DNA of 64,000 nucleotides, from the NCBI GenBank assembly GCA_951406725.2, contig OX597814.1, positions 116,250,001 to 116,314,000 on the forward strand, given 5' to 3'. Below the pieces are notes generated by a model. It saw nothing but the letters and a program-made list of their open reading frames with translations. It did no database searches and was not told the origin of the DNA. This DNA is from Octopus vulgaris. Its lineage: Eukaryota. Positions 27,350-40,671 of the stretch are shown one piece after another (the stretch's first letter is position 1; every line of letters begins with the position of its first letter). The position numbers were made by a program, and so were the translations under genes.

Positions 27350-27690
27350 TTATAATATGTGGTGAACTAACAGTTGGCTCTCGGTCATGTAGTGGATCAA
27401 AGAGGCGATACAAAGACTCTGAAGACAACCTTGAGAGAGTGAAAGAGTGCAATGCAGAACAGTCTACTTGGGAACATATTGATCAAGATGGCTCACTATG
27501 GAGTAGTGCTTTGTACTCTGCAGTAAGCCTCACAGAATCAGACATAACCAGAGAAAATAAAGGGAAGAGGACTTCACGGAAAGGAAGAGTTCCAACGAGT
27601 CCTGATTCTTATATTCTTTGACCCCACTGTAACTGAAGATTTTATGCCAATACTGGTATCGAAAGCCACTTGAGGACTCACAAAGAGTAA
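27350..27690 (+). pseudogene. RTE-clade LINE 3' fragment
   Basis: GELTVGSRSCSGSKRRYKDS..TWEHIDQD..W, followed by a degenerate PHCN...SHLRTH finger. Confidence 0.75.
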
Positions 27691-28665
27691 AGCTGCCCAT
27701 CTAGTTATCTTCAGAAACATGAAGGGTGGATTTTAGTCCGTTTTAAATTCATGCATACGCGCATATAATAGTATCAAATTTTGGCACAAGGCCAGCAACG
27801 TATCTGGTATTCATTTGGTACTTCTTTTATCGACCCCAAAAGGATAAAAGGTAAAGTCAACCTCGGTGGAATTTGAACATGCACGTTTATATTAATGAAA
27901 ATATATTAATAAATACTAGACATTCATTTCCTTCTGGAAGAGCCGTTTAGTGAATGTAAGAGAAATATATGATGTTAAGAACACACAAATTGATAAAACT
28001 CAATTTTTATATCTAAATAGTTGTGTATAAAATGAAAGTGTCAAAAAGTTTCGTTATATATATATATATATATATATGAGGTGAAAAGAGAAAGGAGAGA
28101 AGAGAATAAGTGAAAGTGAGAAAAAAGGAGAGAAAGTGGACAAATAAGAGATAAAGGGAAAAGAGAGAAAGCACTGTGAATGTGTATTGATTATGTCAAA
28201 GAGAGCGAATATGTGAATATGAGGAATCAATTGGAGAACAAATGAAATAGATATAAAGCAAAATAAAAATAAATTGTCACATATAAAGTGAGAGAGAGAG
28301 ATGAGAACAAGAGAGGAAGACAGAGAAATTAAAAGATGGTATGTGGAAAGAAAGTAACCGAGACAGGAGAAAACGAAAAAAGAACGAAATAACGAAATAA
28401 AGAAGACGAAAAATGTTGTAGAGAACGTAAGGGAAATATAGGAAATGAAAGACAAAATTTGGAGAAAAAAATGATAGAAAAGTTAAAAACTTAATGAAAA
28501 TATCTGAAAAAAAAACAATAAAAATCACTTGGGAAAACGAAGAGAGAAAATCAAAAAATAATAAAATATGCTTAGTAAAAGGTACTTTTTTTCTGTTGTA
28601 AACTTGAAGTAATTGAAATTGAAGGTAATCAATATTTGTCTGTATCTGTAAGAGTCAGGTCTGAT

Positions 28666-28722
<57 letters not shown>

Positions 28723-29256
28723 CACACACTCACACACACATTCACACACACACACACGCACGCACACACACACACGCACACACAATGTTGTCTTTCATTT
28801 GCTCTACGGCTGCATCTTTTCTCTAACCTCTATTTTTGCGCGTGATCAGTGCCTGGTGAACGTCCGCACACATACCAACATGTACACAGACACGCTCATA
28901 TATATAGTTTTTTAAATATAGATGTTCAATATATGTCAATATATATTTATGATTTACTGCAAATACTTATGTATTATTGAGCTCAATATATCTACAAATA
29001 TATACAATAATAAAGTAATTAAAAAATAATGCACTATGCAGCACTTTTAGATAACTCGAAATGTAATGTAAAGTATATCATTTATTATAAACATACAATT
29101 TTAGACTTACAACAAAACAAAAAATAAGCGAGGTTGAGGCTGCACTGAACATTTTATGTTTCCGTAGGTAGGAAAAGTGAAAAAAAGTTCTGACTAGTTA
29201 TCTTCAATCGTCATGAAAGGAGAAATAACCAGCCTTCTGTCTATGATGTTAGCATT

Positions 29257-29555
29257 GTGGAGGCACATGGCCTAGTGGTTAGAACAGCGGACTCGCGGTC
29301 AAGGGATCGCAGGTTTGAATCTTAGACAGGGCGATGTGTGTGTTTATGAGTGAAATACCTAAGCTCCACGCGGCTCCGGTAGAAGGTAATGGTGAACTTC
29401 TACTGACTCTTTAGCCACAACTTCCTCTTCACTATTTCCTCCTGCATCTTGCAGCTCACCTGCGATGAACCGGCGTCCCGCCCAGGTGAGGAACCTATAC
29501 GCCAGGGTAAACGGGAAACCGGTCCTATGAGCCAGGCGTGGCTCGAGAAGGAATG
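29257..29555 (+). mobile_element. tRNA-derived SINE family B
   Basis: tggcctagtggttag A box; body matches 44953-45250. Confidence 0.8.
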
Positions 29556-29706
29556 AAGTTAGCATATACTTATTTAGAAAGCAGACTAACTAAAAGATAT
29601 CTAAATGAGACATCTGATTTTCATAACGATGAAAGCATCGACAACTTAAGCATCGACAACTAATGAATATATATATCTTAATTAATGTTATCGCTTATCA
29701 TTAAAA

Positions 29707-29905
29707 GTGGCGGACTGACAATTGCTGATACGCCGGGACGAAGGGATTAGTAGTATTTCGTCTGTCTTTATGTTCTGAGTTCAAATTCTGTCGGGGTTTC
29801 ATCTTTCGGGCTAAATAAAATTAACAGTACTTGAACCCTGGGGTCGATATTATCGACTTAATCCCTCAATAGAAATCGCTGGCCTTGTGCTAGAATATGA
29901 AACCA
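29707..29905 (+). mobile_element. Degraded SINE family A (other degraded copies at ~27775-27880 minus and ~31985-32190 plus)
   Basis: tatttcgtctgtc..gttctgagttcaaattc..ctggggtcgat. Confidence 0.7.
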
Positions 29906-30279
29906 GTACTGTGTATCATTGATAGATTAACTATAATTGCCGGCGCATACGATGTTTGGTACAAAGTAGTCACAGAAGATAACTGTATCTTAACTTGTAT
30001 TCTCTATAAATTATTATAACTTATTAATCATACGACAGACAAAGAAAGACCCAACAAAACTCAAAAAACAAAAAGCAAACGGATACTCCTTCTCTGATGA
30101 AGAGATAACAAGACTAGAAACTAGCCAAACAGTCTCCAATTTTCTACCATGGAGACATAAATAACGATGTTAAAAACCATTTTGTTTACTTTTCTCGGCA
30201 AGGTTAAAGTTTTACATTTATCAAAGACGTATCATCTTATAATAAATTTCAGATAATAATGTATTTTATACAAACAAAC

Positions 30280-30329
<50 letters not shown>

Positions 30330-30797
30330 ACACACACACACACACGCATACACACACATACACATACACACATGTGTATTAACTTACCCAAACGCAAATA
30401 TTTGTGATCTGTGCTAACGCTTAGGTATTTGCGCCTGTGTATATATGTACATATATATACATAGACAATGCCATATTCTATGCAATATGTGTGTGTGTAT
30501 GTATGTGTGTGTGTGCATGTGTATGTATTAGCATGGCTTAATTTTGAAGAAGATTCCGTCGTGGCCACTTCTGATATCTTGAACAAGTGTAATTTACCTC
30601 CGTTTTCAGCCAAACACAATGAATGTTACAGGGCAAGCGAAATCTGTTTGGAGGCCCGGAAGGCATATAATAACTGAAATTCAAAGGCCCAATTAGCCAT
30701 GTCATGTCATTATCAATCTATTAAATTAAGCGGTTGCATGACTGAACGGTGAAATCGTTTAGAAGCTCATTCAATGAACAACAAATTCATTAGTAAA

Positions 30798-31135
30798 GGC
30801 ACATAGCTTAGTGGTTAGGGTATTCGGATCCCGATCGCAAGGATGTGAGTTCGATTCCCGGCGGCGAGCTGTGTCCTTGAGTAAGACATTTTATTTCCCG
30901 GTGCTCCAGTCCACTCAGCTAACAAAAATCAGTAGTATCTGAAAGTCGAAGGGCCAGCCTTATTACATTCTTCTTCACGTTGAATCTCCCCGAGAACCAT
31001 GTTAAGGGTACACGTGTGTGTGTGTGTGTGTGTGTGTGGAGTACTCAACCACTTTCACGTTAATTTTACGAGCAGGCTGTTCCGCTGTTCGGATCAACTG
31101 GAACCCTCGTCGCCGCAACCGAAGGACTGCCGGTT
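30798..31135 (+). mobile_element. tRNA-derived SINE (family B variant 3' half)
   Basis: tagcttagtggttaggg, gagttcgattccc, tgctccagtccactcagct. Confidence 0.75.
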
Positions 31136-31352
31136 AAATTAATTCATCGAGTATGCGACTACTCATCGTCGAAGCAAACGGAGATCCATTTTACCTTTTA
31201 CTTACACACCCATATATTTACTCATATATGTGTGTGTACAACATACCATGTGCTCACACACAGACATACACCCACATGTATATATACATATCTGTCTCTC
31301 GATTAATACACACACACACGCAGACACACACACACACGCACACACACACACG

Positions 31353-31383
<31 letters not shown>

Positions 31384-31442
31384 TAGCATACACATAGATG
31401 CTGGTTTAATCATAAATCGACACACACCCACCCATTTACGCA

Positions 31443-31570
<128 letters not shown>

Positions 31571-32375
31571 AACACACACACACATATTCATACACACAAA
31601 CACATACATCGATCTATGAATAAATTCATTTCATCATTTCATCTATCTAAGAATTCTGAATATAAAAAAAAATACCCCTACCCTGGCAGCTGCCACGCAC
31701 ATATACATAAAGTTTTTGAAAAGATTGCAGAAAAGCAGAACATTTTTAAAAGAATTGATTTGGCAAAATGCCATTCGATTTAATATCATTAAAAGAACAG
31801 ACTAAGGCAGATTTTCTTCCATTCTGACGATTGTTTTTGTAAAGTTCATTGATTCGCGGATCTTCATAACGTCTTGAATGTTAACAAACAACCGAATTTT
31901 CTTCAAGTAAACTTAATTGAACTGCAACGTCAGATTTCATTATTAAGACCCTTGTTCATATTTTTCGATTGATATTCGTATTTCGGTGAGGTTGTGGATT
32001 GGTGGAAGCGTTAAAGCGTTGCACAAAGAGCATTGCGGTATTTAATTATGGTAGTTTGCATTCTGAGGTCGAATCCTGCTGAGGTCAATTTTGCCTTTCA
32101 TCCTTACCGAGTCGATAAAATAAATTACCCGTCAAGTACTTGGGCGAATTTAATCGACTATATAAGCCTCGATTTGTGATCTTGTCAGAAATCGATATTG
32201 GTAGTTCGGCGAATACTCTCCACGCTAGTGTGGTGAGCATGCTCGCTTTGCAACCACGTGCCTTCTACTTCATTCCCACTGCCGTTGCAAACTTGGCATG
32301 TTTCTGCTACTACAACCCGGGGCTGACAAAAGTCTTGTGAGTGAATTTTTGAGACGGAAGTTGGGTAGAAACATG

Positions 32376-32445
<70 letters not shown>

Positions 32446-32447
32446 TA

Positions 32448-32637
32448 CATTATATAATTAGGGCTTAGTAAAATAAATTACTTTGCCACATACTGAACTT
32501 TCTAGAAATTAGTAGTTAAATGGTCCTTCTAGAAATTAGTAGTTAAATGGTCCTTTAGAAATTAGTAGTTAAATGGTCCTTTTACATACTGAACATTACT
32601 TGGTGAAATTGATTAATAACTAATTAATTTTACCCTC

Positions 32638-32640
<3 letters not shown>
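32448..32640 (+). mobile_element. Short (TA)n-flanked element with an internal ~27-bp triplication; homologs at 52874-53090 (+) and 51250-51465 (-)
   Basis: attagggcttagtaaaataaattactttgccacatact shared; tagaaattagtagttaaatggtcctt three times. Confidence 0.85.
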
Positions 32641-32689
<49 letters not shown>

Positions 32690-32896
32690 GAGCAATTTTA
32701 GAAACAAAACCACCTTCAACTCAATCAACACTGAAAGGTTATATACCCGATCACTCCATACAGAGTGGTCGGGTATAAAACCTCAGAATAGATATAGTTA
32801 GTATAAGATTTAATTTTTAACATTTTATGGAGTGGTCGGGTACAAAACCTTTCAGTGTTGATTGAGTTGAAGGTGGCTGTGTCTCTAAAATTACTC
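32690..32896. repeat. Foldback unit with ~70 bp arms carrying the GAGTGG..TATAAAA motif three times
   Basis: ccaccttcaactcaatcaacactgaaagg / cctttcagtgttgattgagttgaaggtgg; gagtggtcgggta(t/c)aaaacct at 32763 and 32830. Confidence 0.85.
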
Positions 32897-33945
32897 TTAT
32901 ATATATCTATTTAAATATCTGTGTGTGTGTGTCTCATCAACGGCTTGCTAATCTACGTTTCCGTAGCTTAGCAGTTTGCTTGAGGGACATAAAACAAGTA
33001 CTATACATAAAAAGTAAGTACTGGGGTTGAATTGTTCCACTAAATCCTTGAAGACGGTGCTCCAGCATGGGCGCAGTCCTGTGACCGAAACAAGTAAGAG
33101 ACAATCGATAAATGATACTGATGGACAACTATTAAGTTTTCATTTTAAACGCTGTAAATAATATTAAACCTTAAAATCACAGAGCTGGCTCAGCTGAAAT
33201 AAAAATAAAATGAATGGCGTAACGCGTATCGACAGTTCGACATGTTAAAAAAAACTTCGAACGGAATGTTCAGAACTTGAATAGTTTTGCTATACCCTGT
33301 GGAGTCGGTGCTATGGTCTGTCTGTCTCAAACCACTAATGTTAACGATATTAGTAGCATCTGACACAAATAGAAGCAGTTTGGGAATTTTGTTTTTTCAC
33401 TAATTTTAGCTTTTTACGTAAGATTCACTGTTACAATTGGTAATAAACACGATACAAGTCTCTTACATTGATTTTCCTATTTCGGTAACATACATCGTTA
33501 CATTTTGATAATGGCTACTCATCACTTTGTTTAATTATTGTTGAGAGTTTACATTTTTGACCAGGAACAGATGAAAGGTAAAGTTATCCTGAGAACTGAA
33601 ATGTAAACTCATAGCGTAGAATGAGATGAAATGTTTAGTATAGTCTGCATTTAGTTTAACTAATTCCTGAGAATTCAACGATCTCCACGTTAACACAATA
33701 ATCATTGTATCACGGGCATTCTGGATATAAGTTTGGAGATAAACTATATCAGTTAGAGAAGAGATATAACCGACAATCAAATAGAGGTTATGAATTGTTT
33801 GCAATTCATAGCTGACCTCGATCACCTTCAGCTAAGTACTCGAAGAAATGATTCTACTTGCAAAATATACCTCAAATAATATCCTTTAGATTTCGTTTTT
33901 GGATTTGCTTTGCAAGATTCTTTATGTGAGTTCGTGAGTTGAAGC

Positions 33946-34152
33946 ATATTCTGTTGTGTCTGGGGAGAGTCATTTTCTTTTTGTGCCTTATAATTTAACA
34001 CACTCACCAGTAAAGACTATTGAAAATGTTGCAAGACGCAACGGAAATTTTAGGAAAAATAAAAATAAGAAATAAGTGGAAATTTTACCGGTGAGTGTGT
34101 TAAATCATAAGGCACAAAAAGAAAATGACTCTTCCCAGACACAAAAGAATAT
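33946..34152. mobile_element. MITE with ~68 bp terminal inverted repeats
   Basis: atattctgttgtgtctggg..ttaacacactcacc / ggtgagtgtgttaa..cccagacacaaaagaatat; second partial copy at 16558. Confidence 0.85.
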
Positions 34153-35999
34153 TCTTTAGCTTTGTATGAAAGAAGTGCATACAAAATGTGAAGGTGCGGA
34201 GTCTAGTGGTAAATAAGTTCGGTTTATGATTAGAAAGTTATGAGTTTATACTTCGGACTGGGTTACGCATTGTGTCGATTCTGGTCAGCTAAATGTTGGA
34301 GTCATTCTCTCACCCCAGATTCTATATTCTGGGTGTGCCACTGGGTCAACGGTGAAGAGGGTGAAATAGTGTCTATATTTGCTGGTGACTACATATGTAT
34401 AAAAAAGAAATGAGTGAAGTTAAGTTACATATTACCAAGTCATACTGGTTCTCGAATGTGCGTTGACTGTGTATATTTGCAATTATAGTTCTAGATACAG
34501 TATTTCTAAAAACAGTTGTTACTGGAAGGTTTTGATCATTGGAATGACTCGATTGATCGCAGCTCTTTGGATACTGGCAATTTGCCATGGCTGTGTGGGT
34601 ATTCAGCGTTATTTTAATGGTGAAAGTTCTTTTTGGTACTGGAGGCAACCTACACACAAAGACACATTCACTCAAATACGTGCATACGCGCGCAGAAATA
34701 TATATATGCAGAGAAAGAGAGGGAGAGAGTGCGAGAGAAAGAATGAGAGAGGCAGAGAGAGAAGGGAGAGGGAGATAAGGAGAGAGAGGTAGAGTGAGAA
34801 AGAGGGAGAAAAGGAGAGAGAGGTAGCGAGAAGGGAGAAAAAGAGAGGAGATATTACACATAAGTAATTGGTACAAATGAACAAAAAGAAAAGGTGAGAA
34901 ACCGAGGAAAGGGAGGACATGAGAAACATTAAAACAAAAGAAATATTGAAACGTCTGATGTTGAATCTTATCAATCTATGAATGTAAAGGCAAATGCTAC
35001 CTGTTTTCACTACCTAAGTGGCTACGTACAAAACCCTATCAACTGCCCCTCTTATAACTAATTTACTAATTTAACTCCCGCTTATACTAAACACCCTAAT
35101 GTTACAAAACAAGTCTACACATTTGTTAGAGGAGAGATAAAAATCGATTGAAATAACCTCATTATATGACTGGTACATATTTTGTTCTCCATAGAGACAG
35201 TAAAAGTAAAACTTGTCCCAATGTAAAGGAAACAATCTCAAGAGTCTGATATATTTTTAATCATGAATTCACTATCGTTGAACTTGTTGCAGGTCGGACC
35301 AGCGTGTATCTATAAATTAATGTCCGAACATTGAAGAATGACTGTATAGCATAGCCTTTCTACAAACCACAGCGTAATTCTAGAAAATGCCCAAAATGTT
35401 CATGTTTTAATGTAGGAGTATTATTTCCTCTATAGCCAGAAATAATAGTTTTGCAATATTTGAAATTGTAAAATAACTTTTCACTTTAAAGACGATCTTA
35501 ATGATGATGGTTTATAATGGTCATAAGATATGCAAGAAATATTAATGAAATTTACCATATTAAAACTTATTAGTTAATTAAGTCTGAAATAGACTGTCGT
35601 GAAAGAAAAGAAAATGGCTACAGATTGAATACATTGGTCAGGTCTACTGGATGAGACGAGACCTGATAAGGCTTGAAGAAACTGAACAAACTGTATGCAA
35701 ATATGCTTTTTGCAGAGTCGAGTAGATAAAAATCAGAGTGAGATCATCGGGGCCATTTAGTTAGTATAGTAACTCGACCAGTGAAATGGTCAAGCTCTCC
35801 AAAGGTCTTCGGAATGGAATAAAATATAAATGCTGTATAATTATATATTACGTTTGTTATTTGGACTATGGTTTTCCAGTTCTATGCTATACTATAATAT
35901 ACAATACTATACGGTACTATACAATCTATATATATATATATATATATATAACAAATGAGAGAGAGAGAGGGAAAATGGAATTTACGAGATTCAGTATTA

Positions 36000-36105
36000 A
36001 TCACAACGATCGTTTCGACCCATCTTGCATTGGTCCTTCGTGGCTGAGATGCTATACAGCTGTTTGTGGTGCATCCTTCGGTGCAGATATGTTTCGTCAG
36101 GTGAC
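36000..36105 (-). ncRNA. Type-I hammerhead ribozyme with an extended stem II
   Basis: Minus strand gtcac-CTGACGA-(~77 nt, atct/agat and tgca/tgca pairing)-GAAAC-GATC-GTT-gtgat; lies between (TA)n and (TCTA)n. Confidence 0.7.
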
Positions 36106-36179
36106 TTTTCAAAAGCTCAGTGCACTCAGTTTTACTTGATTTGTCTGAATCCGGTTGACAACAGGTTCAGGAGTTTGGA

Positions 36180-36341
<162 letters not shown>

Positions 36342-36370
36342 ATTTCTATCTGTCTGTCTGTCTATCTACC

Positions 36371-36409
<39 letters not shown>

Positions 36410-36428
36410 GTATATATGTATATATATG

Positions 36429-36463
<35 letters not shown>

Positions 36464-36562
36464 ACGAATAACAAGGGAACAAGAATTATGTAATCGACTA
36501 CATTATCTCACAGCTAATGTTCTGAGAGTGCTTCTATACACTCTATAGCTTGTTTGTTATCA

Positions 36563-36623
<61 letters not shown>

Positions 36624-37483
36624 GCGCTCTCTAACTCTCATACTCAAATAAGTACATATATACATAGGCTCAAGAATCTAAATATATGCTTACGAAATGT
36701 TGCACTTCAATGCCGGGGAGTGTACTTGTCAATTAGTTGGTGGTTACCTACTCTTCCACACTGCTGCCCAGATTAAAACCTGTCTTGCAAGGAAATTGTC
36801 CTGGAGTAATAAGTCTTCCACAATATAAATATGAATCTTCGCACCATCCACACACACACACACAAAAGAAAGAAACTGAAAAAAGACAAAAATCCCCACA
36901 TACAACACATGAATATGAATATCTGTTTAAAGTGCTATAGATACTAGAGATGAGATGTGAAGGTGAAGTAATGGAGGTTATTGCCAACATCAAATATCTA
37001 ACATCTTTACGGTTATTTATTCATCTAACCTATTGAATATATGAATACGACGCTATTGTTATTAATGAAAGGAACGGGATGGTTGGTGCATACTGTCTAA
37101 TTCTGTCATTAAAAGATAAACAATATGGCCTCTTTAACAGTAAATATATTTAAAGCCATTCAGCTATTATCCTTTCGACGCCTTATCTTTCTCCTTTACA
37201 ATTTATATAGTGGAATAATGGAACAACATGAATATTGATTCGGTCATGTTATTTCATGTTGATTCATGTTATTTTTATACTTTTACATTATTATACTTAA
37301 TTTTTTTTATATCCAGAATAACGAACAAACATGAATTAATATTCACTTCAGTGAATATACATGTATGCAATCAGACGCACGCATGGTTACACACACATAC
37401 AGCGACGCATACATATATATGATGTCCATATGTATACTTTCATATCTATACGCATGCATACATATAGAAATATACAGACATCC

Positions 37484-37528
<45 letters not shown>

Positions 37529-37657
37529 TATATATATATATATTCATATGCATTTGCAGTATATACATAAACAAAGGTGTATACATATATAGACATACAT
37601 ATGTACATATATACGTATATACACACACACATACATATATGTATGTATGCATATGTG

Positions 37658-37689
<32 letters not shown>

Positions 37690-37779
37690 CATGCTTACAC
37701 ATGTATACACATATATGTATATAGGCATTTGTAAATATGCGGGAACACCATTTCTTCTAGTCATGCTATATTAAAAACA

Positions 37780-38985
37780 TGACTGTGTTGTAGTTTTATG
37801 TTTTTCGGTTCGGTAATGTTTCCATATTTTATGCAATGAATTCGTACTTGGAAATATTAACTTTCTTAAATTTCTCATTGAAGTTTCAAGCTCCTCATAA
37901 TCTCCTGTTCAACTTTAAGTGATGTTGAACTGTTTTCCTGCCTTTTCGTTGGCAAGGATTGCTGAAGACAGAACCGCAGGAATTTAAATTAACTATCGGA
38001 CATTTATTGCCTTTGTGCCTATATTAATTTTATTATTGTGCTCTTACTGCGATTATTACTACCATCATTAACTACATTGTCTGTGGGTGAATTTTGCAGT
38101 GCGTTTGTGTGTTTCCTGTAATTTTTCTGTGTTTAAATTTGTGCGGTATTGCGTTACTAATTTTTCGGGCATTCATTCTCTGCAGTGTACATTGTGAGCT
38201 CATCCATGTACAAAAGATGGTTGATTATGTGCATAACATTTGTAACTAAATCAAATGCTGTTTAGTATGTAGACTAAATGTGTTAATACCAGATGGAAAA
38301 GGAGCGGAAGGAGAAATTTCCTTTATAAAGTATATATTTCTTTGATAATGTTGTTAGTTTACTGCTTTTCACTTTTGTCAGTGTCACATGATTATTTGCT
38401 AGTTAACCAGGACACATTTAATGTATCTTCCCTTTAATGATGCTGGCTGAATTATAGAAATATATTTCCAGAATCCACGCGTGAAGTGTCATAATCCTTC
38501 TGGTAATCAATCCATTCCGAATTCAGACCCCTTTCTTCTCGTGCAGTCGACTGTGTCATGATTGATCAGTAATTGATCGTTCCAGCCATGTGACCCTTTG
38601 TAGCATCCTTTGAATTCTAGTGCCATTGTTTTTTCTATAAATGTATTTACTTTTTCCGATATTATGGCAATAACATTTTTGTGGAGTATAAAATCAAGGG
38701 CATGCAATTTTCTGAAGCGGGTTTAAATTTCAGGAAGTCAGTCACAAGTCGTCTCTGTCTCTGTTAGTCTCTTATTAAACAGTTCTTGTAGAATATCATG
38801 TGTTCCTGATAGCTATTCTAATAAGCAATTTGGAATCTTAGTACAGCATACCTTTCTGGGAGGATTTGAGAGACTTCTAATATTCAGGTTTCGCAGTAGA
38901 GTTCAGATATTGGGCTCATAGTTTTGCTCTAAACTATATATTTTGACTCTCTGGCTACACGAAAACCCTTCCCAAATTCAACATC
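37780..38985 (-). pseudogene. Decayed R4/Dong-like reverse transcriptase, probably continuing at 39370-39870
   Basis: EFKGCYKGSHGWNDQLLIN, WIDYQKDYD and INHLLYMDELTMY on the minus strand. Confidence 0.8.
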
Positions 38986-38995
38986 TATATTATTT

Positions 38996-39370
38996 TTATT
39001 AAGTCGGCCTTAGCGAAGGCGAGGGTATTGTTTTCAGTCGTGTTTATTTGTTTGTTTGTTCGTTGACAAGATATCTCAAGAACCGCTGGATGGATTCGGA
39101 TGAAGCTTTCAGGGATATTTAGCTTCATGACTGGCACAAACTGATTAGATTTTGGAATCGATCCGGTACCGGACAAGGATTCTGGATTATTTTTCCGTAT
39201 ATTTTATTTAAACTTTGAGAACGATCGGGTTTATTTTTAGTATTCTCGTTTCTGAGAGCAGTGGAGCTTATTTCAGATATTGTCATTTTAAATATCATTA
39301 CCGGCTAATCGTTGACAGTACGTTAATGTTGCCTTAGCGGAGGTTCGCGCTGTCTGAGTGCTCTTGCTTT
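38996..39370 (+). mobile_element. Helentron-associated non-autonomous element (HINE/DINE-1-like)
   Basis: 5' gccttagcgaaggc short inverted repeat, (GTTT)n tract, 3' ccttagcggaggt followed by a gcgct..agtgc hairpin; T-rich flanks. Confidence 0.65.
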
Positions 39371-39872
39371 TATTAAAATTATTTGGCATTACAATAGAAA
39401 CGTGTTCGTTCTTCCTATATCTAATTTCCGTTTTATGTAGTGACAATTTTCGTGTGATATAGCAAGGATCTTTTCACGCATTCTTTCCTTTCTAAAACTC
39501 CTTTTTATGATGTATCATATTTCTCCACTACTTTATTTGTATCATTTCTATATTGATTTCTCTAAAAAGGGATCTTTTCCCATACGTTATACATTTTCTT
39601 TATATTTGTTTTCCTTGTGGTTTCGGTATATTTTACAATGGCATATGAGTAGATCTTACAGAATACTCACTTTCCTTTGTAATGACATTTGCATTCCATA
39701 TGCCATTTTGGTTAACGTGGTTATACCATTGTTCGAGTCCGTTTTCTTTAAATCTGCTGCATCAAGCTTCTAGAGTGATTCTGTTGTTATTCTTGGGAAG
39801 ATATCCGGACTGGTCCTCAGGAAGGTTTACTATATATCTTTGTGATTGTCATAGATTTGCTATTCATAGTAC

Positions 39873-39992
39873 CTTCTTCTTCTTCTTCTTCTTCTTCTTC
39901 TTCTTCTTCTTCTTCTTCTTCTTCTTCTTCTTCTTCTTCTTCTTCTTCTTCTTCTTCTTCTTCTTCTTCTTCTTCTTCTTCTTCTTCCTCTC

Positions 39993-40023
<31 letters not shown>

Positions 40024-40180
40024 TTCTTCTTCTTCTTCTTCTTCATATTCGTTTTCTTCTTCTTCTTTTTCTTCTTCCTCTTCTTCTTCTTTTTCTTCTT
40101 CTTCTTCTTTTTCCTCTTTTTTTCTTCCTCTTTTCTTCTTCTTCTTCTTCTTCTTCTTATTATTATTATTATTATTATTC
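39873..40180. repeat. (CTT)n then (ATT)n microsatellite
   Basis: Visible; followed by tttcgtaacacagtgta, as at 13522. Confidence 0.95.
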
Positions 40181-40384
40181 TTTCGTAACACAGTGTAGTG
40201 TACTATTATCATTCAGGCAGTGATCTGTCAGAATCACGCTACAAACATATACTTTTCTCCTATCCTCTTGCACATCCCCTTCATACATTAATTTCCATTC
40301 CACACAGCATCATCTATCTCTAACAGTTAACTCGCAAAAGCCTATGTGAATTCTAAACAGGAAAAGAATAAATCCGAGTAAAGC

Positions 40385-40435
40385 ACAGTCTGACGAAGGC
40401 CGAGGCAATCCGATACTTTGAAGACAAAGTCAGCC
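40385..40435 (+). ncRNA. Degenerate hammerhead-like motif
   Basis: CTGACGA-a-GG..CC-GATA(GAAA mutated)-CTTTG aaga CAAAG-TC; stem I is poor. Confidence 0.4.
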
Positions 40436-40517
40436 TTTTTCCTGTAGAAGTTGAACAAAGACTATAAAGCATTGATATATCCTTCAGTGTAATGTCAGAT
40501 TGTTTATCTATATGTAC

Positions 40518-40561
<44 letters not shown>

Positions 40562-40563
40562 AA

Positions 40564-40610
<47 letters not shown>

Positions 40611-40614
40611 TGCG

Positions 40615-40671
<57 letters not shown>

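Noticed and set aside
30090-30130. CTGATGA..GAAACTAGCC hammerhead candidate
   Set aside because: Stems I and II pair poorly and the UH cleavage site is absent; at best a decayed relic
30530-30680. Possible small exon on either strand
   Set aside because: Splice-like sites exist but there is no recognisable protein and no phase match to the 34436 candidate
39817-40212. Poly-Glu/Ser/Phe/Lys ORFs (also at 13.3-15.1 kb)
   Set aside because: Pure trinucleotide microsatellites
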